Positions 56,477-64,000 of a stretch of 64,000 nucleotides of DNA are shown one piece after another. Position numbers and translations under genes: made by a program. The stretch is from Thecamonas trahens ATCC 50062 (Eukaryota; Protista; Apusomonadida), in contig NW_013657677.1 of NCBI RefSeq assembly GCF_000142905.1, positions 523,167 through 587,166 of the forward strand. The letters are read 5' to 3'. Each line of letters begins with the position of its first letter. The first letter of the stretch is position 1. The notes beneath the pieces were generated by a model that saw only the letters and a list, made by a program, of their open reading frames with translations, made no database searches and was not told the origin of the DNA.

Positions 56477-57616
56477 ATGCGGGTGACGCGGACGACGTTG
56501 GTGGCATGGTGCGTGTGCGTGGTTGCGGTGGTTGTGGCGTGCCTGGTGGCGACGAGCGAGGCGAGGACGCCGTCGTACTACTCAGTGCTCGGAGTGACGG
56601 CCAAGGCGAGCAAGCGGGAGATCAAGCGGGCGTATCGGAAGCTCTCGCGGGAGTTGCATCCGGACAAGAACCCTGATGATCCGGATGCAAACAGCAAGTT
56701 CATGGAAGCGGCGCGGGCGTATGAGGTCCTCACCGACGAGAAGCTGAGGCAGATCTACGACCGCGGCGGAGTCAAGGCCGTGGAGAAGCACGAGAAGCAG
56801 GCGGCTTCGGGCCATGGCGGCGGGTTCAATCCGTTTGACATGTTTGGCTTCAACCGCGGCGGCGGCGGCGGCAACCAGGAGCGGCGAGGGCCGTCGATCG
56901 AGATCGAGTTTGAGGTCGCGCTCGACGCGCTCTACGAGGGCACCGCGCTCGAGGCGCAGTTTGCCAAGCAGGTCATCTGCCCCGAGTGCGACGGGACCGG
57001 CGCCGAGGATCCCGACGACGTGCAGACGTGCCCAGTGTGCGGCGGCCGCGGCGTCAAGATTACCCGCCACCAGATGGCGCCGGGCTTTGTCCAGCAGATG
57101 CAGACAACGTGCGACAAGTGCGGCGGCAAAGGCAAGATTGTCAAGTCGGTCTGCCGCGCCTGTCGCGGGCGCAAGGTCGTCCCGGGCTCGTCGGTCATCG
57201 ACATTGTGCTCGAGTCGGGCACGCCCGACGGCCACCGGGTCGAGTTCCCCATGGAGGCCGATCAGGCTCCCGACATGGTGCCCGGCGACCTTATCTTTGT
57301 CATCAAGACCGCGCCGCATCCGACCTTTACCCGTGACGCCAACCAGGTCGACCTTCATACCTCGGCCACAATCTCGCTCCTCGACGCGCTTGTCGGCTTC
57401 TCGACTCCGCTGGTTCACCTTGACGGCCACACCGTTGACCTTGAGAACGTCGGCATCACCCGCCCAGGCCAGGTCATCAAGATCGCCGGCGAGGGCATGC
57501 CGCACTTTGAGACGCCTGACATCCGCGGCGACCTGTATGTCACCGTCCACATCCGCATGCCGGCCCGCCTTTCGTCGGGCCAGAAGGACCAGCTGCGGAA
57601 GATCCTTGCCGAGTGA
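56477..57616 (+). CDS. ER-luminal class A DnaJ (Scj1/ERdj3-like)
   Basis: Signal peptide, J domain with HPD, G/F region, four CxxCxG motifs and a DnaJ C-terminal domain. Confidence 0.92.
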   Translation: MRVTRTTLVAWCVCVVAVVVACLVATSEARTPSYYSVLGVTAKASKREIKRAYRKLSRELHPDKNPDDPDANSKFMEAARAYEVLTDEKLRQIYDRGGVKAVEKHEKQAASGHGGGFNPFDMFGFNRGGGGGNQERRGPSIEIEFEVALDALYEGTALEAQFAKQVICPECDGTGAEDPDDVQTCPVCGGRGVKITRHQMAPGFVQQMQTTCDKCGGKGKIVKSVCRACRGRKVVPGSSVIDIVLESGTPDGHRVEFPMEADQAPDMVPGDLIFVIKTAPHPTFTRDANQVDLHTSATISLLDALVGFSTPLVHLDGHTVDLENVGITRPGQVIKIAGEGMPHFETPDIRGDLYVTVHIRMPARLSSGQKDQLRKILAE

Positions 57617-57713
57617 CGCGCCGATAAAGTGCAGCAATGACCCCGCAGGTCCAGGGCAGGGCTTTACTCGTCTGATCGCGCGTCTTTGTGTGCAGCAGCA
57701 GAGAGGAAGCGGT

Positions 57714-59514
57714 TTACTGGTCAGAGTGCAAGCTCGCCATGACCTGTCGGAGAGACTCGGCAACTTGGGCAGCGGTGGCGGCAGGGAGCGTCGACGCCTT
57801 TGCGCGGAGCCTGTCGATCTCGGCTACAAGCTCGGTGTTTCGCCGGGCAGAGCTAGTCTGGGCAGAGCCATCGGCAAAGGTGTCAAAGATCACCGCGAGC
57901 GACGGCGAGCGGGCGACCTGCTGAGCTGTCCGCGCCACCTCGGCCTCCTCGGCGACGAGCCACGAGTGGGCAATTTCGACGAGCGCCGTCCTCGCGACGG
58001 CCTTGATCTTCAGCTTGAGATACAAGTCGTCAAGCGCACTGGCGACGAGCTCGTTCACGATGCTCTTCAGCGCTTCTGGATCGATGAATGTGTCTGAGGC
58101 GTAGGCTGTGGGCAGACCCGAAGGCGGCAGCTGCTTGGTCACAGCATTGGGCTCAAAGCGGAGGTACGGGACCGAGCCCTCAACAAACATGTGGGCGAGA
58201 ATGACATCCTCCTGGGAAATAGTCTTCTTCCGGCGGTACTCGACGAGGATTCGGACTACGCCGAGAAGCGTGTTGAGGCGGGTGGTGAGCCGCTCGCGGA
58301 CGTCATCGTAGAGCCCGAGCGTAAAGTGCTCGATGCGGGCCGAGTCACGCGAGAGCTTGAGCGCGGCGACCGCGGCGCCCGCCGGAGTGGTGAAGCCCTT
58401 GGGTGGCTTGGCGGTGGTAGACGAGGCGCACGGCTTGTCGCTCGCGTCACCGCCTTGCGCCACCGACTTCCAAGTCTTGCGCAGCACAAGCGAGTTGCCG
58501 ACGAGGGCGGCGAGCTCGGCGTCGGCGCCGATGGCGGTCTCGAGGTCGATCGGCGTGATCCGCATTCGGCCGGCAGCTCTGGCGGCGTTGCCCGACAGCT
58601 CGACGATCTCGGCAACCAAGTATTCGAGGACGGCCGCGAGGTAGACCGGTGCGCTGCCGCTGACCCGGCCGATGACTATCGCCCGCATGTACCGGTGGAT
58701 GCGGCCGACCGGGAACTGCAGGCCGGCGCGAGTCGAGCGCGTTGTCGACCGGTATCCAGAGCCAGAGCCTGAGAACTTGGTCACAGCCTTGCAGCCTTCA
58801 GCAACGGCATGCTTGGTCAGCTCACCCTGGATGACAATCCTGACTGCCGTCTGGATCTCGCGCGACGAAACAGTAGTCTTGCCCATCATGGGCATGATTC
58901 TGCTGGCGAGCTCCACGATCTGCCGCAGGGTGTCAAACACAAACGCGTTGACCATCGTCATGCCTTGCTTGGAGATGCCTGCATCCGGATGGACCTAGCG
59001 TCCCGGACGTGGTTAGCACGTCCAGTTGTGGCCCAGAGCCATTCCGATCATAGCCAGCCCCGCATCGAGCCAGCCCCGCATTCGAGCCATCCCGATCATT
59101 GCCATCCCGGGATCGAGCCAGCCCCGCATTCGAGCCATCCCGATCATAGCCAGCCCCGCACCGAGCCATCGTCATCGCCATTCCCATCGCCACCGGCACC
59201 GGCACCGCCACCGTCACCGCCACCAGCACCGCACCCCCCCTTTTGTATGAGTTTTCGTATGTGTGTGTATGCGCGTGACATGCGCCTGTTGCAATTGTCG
59301 CGCGTGTAGTGTGTGTCGCCTGTTTGCTTGCGTGTCGAAAGAAAAAGACAGGCTTCCATTGCCACCCCCTCCCTCCCCCTCCCCCCCCCCCCCCCCCCAC
59401 CCCACCCCAACCGTCACCCACCCACCCCAACCATCACCCACATGGAACCCATACCTGCTTCAACACCTTGTAAATGTAGCTTGCAAAGGTCTCGCGACGG
59501 CGGGTGCGTGCCAT
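57714..59514 (-). CDS. Fused multi-histone protein H2B-H2A-(H4-like)-(partial H3-like), about 446 aa; exons 59514-59455 and 58994-57714
   Basis: Exon 1 MARTRRRETFASYIYKVLKQ splices in frame to VHPDAGISKQGM..SREIQTAVR..GELTKHAVAEG.KAVTKF (H2B). This is followed by RSTRAGLQFPVGRIHR..APVYLAAVLEYL.AE..EL.GNAAR (H2A) and two more histone-fold-like segments. Confidence 0.88.
59035..59170. repeat. Intronic composite tandem repeat (GAGCCATCCCGATCATAGCCAGCCCCGCAT-type units) in the histone-fusion intron
   Basis: About three imperfect copies are visible. Confidence 0.8.
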
Positions 59515-59668
59515 GGAGGGCTGTGCCGTCGAGTGGAATGGCCGGCCAACAACCAATGCTTGAATGCTTGGTTTGGCACATGCGGCAACACCTCACCACA
59601 CACGCACAATCGTGGTCACGGCGCCGAGGTTCAACTTTTGTACATTGAGAGGGTAGGGTATGAGGGGA

Positions 59669-62600
59669 TCAGATGGCATCAAGATCAACAGGAACATCGC
59701 CAGTGATCTCAAAGTTGATGCGCTTGGGCGGCTCCTCGGGCGGCTGGTAGAGAGTGCGGTAGGCTGAGCGGGTGGCGGCATACGGGACAAAGACGTCTGC
59801 GGTCTCTTGCGAGATAAACTCCGAGGCCTGGACAAACTTGTCGAGGGCGACGAGGAGCGAGGGGATCTGCGGGTTCGCGGCCTTGCCCTCGACCTTGAAG
59901 AGGCGGAGGATGATGACGGAGGAGACCTCGACAAAGAGGCGCGACGAGACGACGGCGCCGCGGGTGATAGAGCCCGGGCGGAGGTCGCGCATGGCCTCGA
60001 GGGTAATGGTGAATGCAGAGATGAGGAGGGCGGCGGCCTGGGCAAAGGCGTGGCCACCGAGCGGGGCGGCCTCGAGGTCGGGGTCGTAGCGGGCCGAAGG
60101 CTGGCCCCACACCGCGGTGCAGGAGAAGCAGGCGGCGAGGACAAAGGGGAGGCGGGCCCAGAGTTGGACGTCCTCCTGGACCTTGGTCACCTGTGCGCAC
60201 ACGCCGAGGAGCAGGTGGTCCGGGTCGCGGTCTGAGCCGCAGTACTTGGCGAGCTGGTCCATGCCTAGCAGCTTGGGCTCGCGCTCGTAGTTGATGGCGT
60301 ACTGGCGGACGGTCGACTCGACGACCGAGGCGATGAACGGGGTGGCGTCGCGGACGGCCTCGCGCAGCGCCTTGCGCAGCATGTTGCGGAGGAAGGTGAT
60401 GTTGCCGATGGCGACGACCGACGAGGTCAGCTGCGGCAGCGACTGGAACTTGGCGATGGTCTCGGCGGCGGGGTCTTCGGCGTGGTAGTTGGTGACGAGC
60501 TCCTCTGTGTACGAGCGGTTGGCGGCGAGGATCTTCTTCATCAGCACAATGTGCCGGCCGATGCCGTTGACAAGATGGTGGTCCATGACGTCGACACCGT
60601 ACGGGCCGAGGAGGGTGACGAGGGCGCGGATCTCGGGCTCGGAGAGAAAGTGCTGCGCAAACGGGCCGGTCCGCCCGGCAACCGGTGGGGTAATGAACGA
60701 CCCGTTGAGCGGCGAGAAGCAGACGCCGTCGACAACCTTGCGGAGGACAAACTCGGTGTACCACTTGGCGACAAAGTCGACCATGACCATGGCCTGCGGC
60801 TCGGCCTCGACTCCGGACTTTTGCTGCTCGAGTGTCGTCGAGAACGAGTGGTGGACCATGACCGTGCGGATGAGCTCCTGCACGTTCACGTCGATGTACC
60901 GCTCGACAAGGGAGAAGCCGTGCAGGTACGCTTGGAGCCGCGAGAGGAGCTGCGAGGGGCGGGCAATCATGCCCGATTCGGAGCGGCAGAGCTTGAGGAC
61001 AAGCGCTGAGAAGACGTCCTTGATGGCACGGACAAGGATTTCACGAGGAACAATGACCGAGTCAAAAACGCGGACGGCCTCGTGCTCGCCAAAGGCCATG
61101 CAGAGGTAGCGGAGGATGACAAGCGCCTCGGACATGCGCGCAACCGCATTGCGGTTGGCCGGAATCGACTCGGTGCCCGGAAGCGCACCGCCGGCGCTCG
61201 GGTTGACCGCCGTCCCGGCCGCCGCAGCGTCGCGCTGGGCCTGGAAGAGCTTAAAGGCCTCGACTGGCGCGAGCTGCGACTTGAGCGAGAGGATCGACTC
61301 GCCGACCCGCTGGCACATGTTGGTGATTTGCTTGGCCATGGCCGAGAAGACCTGGGTGGCGAGCTCGATGCCCTGCGAGCCGATGTGGACCCGCTCCTCA
61401 GGCAGGAAGCGCGAGGTCCGGTAGGCAAAGGTGTCGCAGACCTTGGCCATGGCCATCGAGTGCATGGCCAGCGGCGTCGGCGAGCCGACCGCGCCTTGGA
61501 ACATGGCGAGGAAGGTTGGGCGGTGCCAGAAGAGCATGTCGAGCGAGGCGTGCTTGAGGACCGTCGACTTGAAGTTGCCCACCACCTCGGCGTGCTGCGA
61601 AATGAGGTTGAGCCTCGCGGCAAGGTTCTTGAACGCGACGTTGGTCGGCTGGAACGGCGCCTGCTGCGAGCAATAGATGACCTGCAGCCGCATCCAGTTG
61701 AGCGAGATGGTCTCCATCAGCGCGCGGTTACCGGCCGACGCGTTCTCGCACGCGGAAATGATGTCTTCAAACACGTCGAGCGGCTCCTGGTCGAGCCCGC
61801 ACTCGGCCGAGAACGCGTTGAGTGCATGCTGCAGACCGTTGACGTCGGTCGTTTGCAGGTACTTGACATGGTACGCCAGGATATCGTCCTCGTACTTTTC
61901 GAGCAGGTCAACAAACGCATCGACGTAGTACACAATTGTCGGCACCGTCGGGTCCTCAAACTCGGCCGCGTTGTGCTTGGCCTTGGACTTGTTCGGAGGA
62001 AGCTCCTCGCGGCCGTGGTGGTGGACGTAGAACTTGATCTCGTCGGTGGCCAGAGCGCACGCCGCCAGCACCATCGGGAGCTTTGGGCCGAGAAGGCCCG
62101 GCTCGCCCGCACACATCGAGTACAGCGAGGCCAGCGCCTGCCGCAGCCACTGCCGCCGCTCGCGGTGCGTCGCTCCGGCGGTCTGGGTAAACGTCGTCGA
62201 CGTCTCGACCACAAACTTCTTCTGCTTGGTCAGGTTGATGGCCGAGCCGTTGAACGAGGCAAAGACCTGCTGGAACTCGTTGTGGATGACAACAAGCACG
62301 TCGCGGTGGACAGGGAGCATCGAGACGTACGAAAGAGCCGTCTTGAGGAGGCCAAACAGGTTGGCCGACGCCAGCTCGTTCGGACAAAGGAGGGTGCCAA
62401 ACAGGATCCACATGGTGTACTTTTCCATGTTGCGCGCCGCAGTGTAGATGGGCCCGTTGGCCGGCACCACCGCAGCCGCCCCGGCGTGTGACACAATCGA
62501 GATGTCGCCGTCGTCGCGGAGCTGCGCTGTCGAGAGCAGCTTCATGTACGGCATCTGCAGCGTGGTCAGCGCCGAGCCGACCAGCGACGAGATCGACGCA

Positions 62601-63160
62601 AACTCCTCGATGAGCCGCTCGCGCGGCTCAGAGTACTCCTGCAGGTACGTGCAAATGCCCGAGTAGTGCTCCTCCTCCTTGAGTTTCATCCGAAAGTACG
62701 CACGGGCGTAAAAGCCGACCACAATCCGGCGCTCCGCAACCGACGCCACAAGCATCTGCAGCTGCGCGTACGCCACCATCAGATCGAGGTACTCGGTCAT
62801 TTGGCGCGGGTTGATGCTCATGTCCAACGTCCGCGTCGACGTCGACATGTCCGCAAGCACCTTGTACGCCACCTCCTTGAACTCGAGGCACTCCTGGAAC
62901 ACAAAGTAGTACTCCTGGAGCTCGGCCTCGTACTGCTGCGCGTTGCGGTCGACAAGGTCGTACCCGGGCATGCTCTCAAAGTTGGGCGGGACAGACGGAA
63001 AGTGCTTCTCGATCGCCGCGTGCATCTTCTTCAGCGCCGGCTCGCGCATGGCCTCGGGCGCACGGTCCGAGTTGAACGTCGTCTTGAGGTTGTACACCCT
63101 CGTCAGCATACCCTGCGCGTGCTCATTGAGCAGCACAAGCGCTTCCGCGTTACTCGACAT
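59669..63160 (-). CDS. NCKAP1: NCKAP1/Nap1/Hem subunit of the WAVE regulatory complex (possible extra 5' exon)
   Basis: LNEHAQGMLTRVYNLK, WILFGTLLCP, HRERRQWLR, EPGLLGPK, PEERVHIG, LPGTES and LLGPYGV; about 1160 aa. Confidence 0.95.
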   Translation of the reverse strand: MSSNAEALVLLNEHAQGMLTRVYNLKTTFNSDRAPEAMREPALKKMHAAIEKHFPSVPPNFESMPGYDLVDRNAQQYEAELQEYYFVFQECLEFKEVAYKVLADMSTSTRTLDMSINPRQMTEYLDLMVAYAQLQMLVASVAERRIVVGFYARAYFRMKLKEEEHYSGICTYLQEYSEPRERLIEEFASISSLVGSALTTLQMPYMKLLSTAQLRDDGDISIVSHAGAAAVVPANGPIYTAARNMEKYTMWILFGTLLCPNELASANLFGLLKTALSYVSMLPVHRDVLVVIHNEFQQVFASFNGSAINLTKQKKFVVETSTTFTQTAGATHRERRQWLRQALASLYSMCAGEPGLLGPKLPMVLAACALATDEIKFYVHHHGREELPPNKSKAKHNAAEFEDPTVPTIVYYVDAFVDLLEKYEDDILAYHVKYLQTTDVNGLQHALNAFSAECGLDQEPLDVFEDIISACENASAGNRALMETISLNWMRLQVIYCSQQAPFQPTNVAFKNLAARLNLISQHAEVVGNFKSTVLKHASLDMLFWHRPTFLAMFQGAVGSPTPLAMHSMAMAKVCDTFAYRTSRFLPEERVHIGSQGIELATQVFSAMAKQITNMCQRVGESILSLKSQLAPVEAFKLFQAQRDAAAAGTAVNPSAGGALPGTESIPANRNAVARMSEALVILRYLCMAFGEHEAVRVFDSVIVPREILVRAIKDVFSALVLKLCRSESGMIARPSQLLSRLQAYLHGFSLVERYIDVNVQELIRTVMVHHSFSTTLEQQKSGVEAEPQAMVMVDFVAKWYTEFVLRKVVDGVCFSPLNGSFITPPVAGRTGPFAQHFLSEPEIRALVTLLGPYGVDVMDHHLVNGIGRHIVLMKKILAANRSYTEELVTNYHAEDPAAETIAKFQSLPQLTSSVVAIGNITFLRNMLRKALREAVRDATPFIASVVESTVRQYAINYEREPKLLGMDQLAKYCGSDRDPDHLLLGVCAQVTKVQEDVQLWARLPFVLAACFSCTAVWGQPSARYDPDLEAAPLGGHAFAQAAALLISAFTITLEAMRDLRPGSITRGAVVSSRLFVEVSSVIILRLFKVEGKAANPQIPSLLVALDKFVQASEFISQETADVFVPYAATRSAYRTLYQPPEEPPKRINFEITGDVPVDLDAI

Positions 63161-63863
63161 GTCTATTCCCTCCATACCCTCGCTTGTTAGTGAACCATCT
63201 TCCGTTTTGCCCGAGCGAGTCCCTTTGCCCGAGCCAGCCAGCCAAGCCAGCCAGCCAGCCAGCCAGCCAGCCACTCTTGCCCCCCGCAGCGACCCTAGCC
63301 CCCGTCGCCCCCACGCTGCCACACCCTCTCATTTCCTCCTCCTCCTCCTCCTCCACCACCCCTCCTCCACCCTCTCTCCCCACCACTCCTTCCCCCCTCC
63401 CATCCCTCCTCGCTTGCCGCAAGGAACACCTTGTCGGAAGGTCATGGTGGTGCCTTCCTCGTTCAGGCGAAAAAATGGCAACGGCCCCAAGGTCGGCTTC
63501 CGAGCTGGGGGGAGTGGTCATGCATGGTACGGGGAAGAGTAGCTCGTCTGGCATGGCCTACACTGGGGGGGGGATACCATGAACTATAGCTATGTCCATC
63601 CCTATCCCCTCCCCGCCCAACACACTCGCTTCTCTCTCTCTTCGTCCTCCCTTTCCTCTCTTGCTCATGCTCTCCTCGTCGACGTACGAATCCAAGCGCG
63701 GAGAGACCGGTGGCGAGTCGCCCAACCACGAGGTCGGCCAGCGAGATCAGCAGCTGCGGGGGGAGTTGTATGATTTGGGTGCGACCAATGGCAAAAAAAT
63801 TGTAATTGGTGCACAACCGTCACCCACGACCACGTGCGCACATACGCATTCATTGCCACAGCC

Positions 63864-63998
63864 TCACGGGGTAGCGTTGAGGCTCCTCGCCGCCGCCGCG
63901 CGCGGCTTCATCGCGCTTTTCACCCGCAGCATTGACTCGAGCTCGGTGACCTTGGCCTTGAGCGAGACCTGCTTCTCGCGGGCGGCCCGCGCGGCGGC
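63864..63998 (-). CDS. 3' end of a coiled-coil protein gene truncated by the window edge
   Basis: Open frame AAARAAREKQVSLKAKVTELESMLRVK...NATP ending at a TGA at 63864-63866. Confidence 0.55.
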   Translation of the reverse strand, partial: AAARAAREKQVSLKAKVTELESMLRVKSAMKPRAAAARSLNATP

Positions 63999-64000
63999 GA

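Noticed and set aside
38576-59514. A chromatin gene cluster (histone fusion plus two acidic chaperone candidates)
   Set aside because: The genes are spread over about 21 kb with many unrelated genes between them; there is no evidence of linkage beyond chance.
57000-60000. Endogenous giant-virus insertion around the histone fusion
   Set aside because: The flanks are ordinary host genes (DnaJ, NCKAP1). I see no viral hallmark genes, terminal repeats or clear compositional break.
1-64000. tRNA, rRNA, spliceosomal snRNA genes and transposons
   Set aside because: I found no U1/U2/U6 signature, tRNA cloverleaf, transposase or RT motif by eye; a tRNAscan/Infernal run would be needed to exclude them.

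Overview
GC-rich, very gene-dense eukaryotic nuclear DNA, not prokaryotic. It carries about 33 protein-coding genes, few and mostly 5'-biased GT-AG spliceosomal introns, and simple-repeat or poly-C/G intergenic tracts. Gene content (Nup210, NCKAP1, EB1, SPATA17, OSCP1, MED7, KIN17, DIM1, Pol kappa, RPN2) indicates a flagellated, WAVE-containing protist. An apusomonad such as Thecamonas is my guess from composition and gene style, not something the sequence proves. Many conserved genes are broken by single-base deficits in short homopolymers, most likely assembly errors. Main highlights: (1) an intron-containing gene encoding a fused H2B-H2A-H4-like-H3-like histone 'quadruplet', an architecture best known from giant viruses; (2) a single-pass receptor joining a Venus-flytrap ectodomain to an apparently catalytically dead class I phosphodiesterase; (3) a strongly biased ACTCAY branch-point motif; (4) a VPS9 + Stb6/peptidoglycan-binding-like fusion; (5) two small acidic putative histone chaperones and a candidate LIR-bearing ER-phagy receptor. 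All identifications are by eye from motif recognition; no searches were run.
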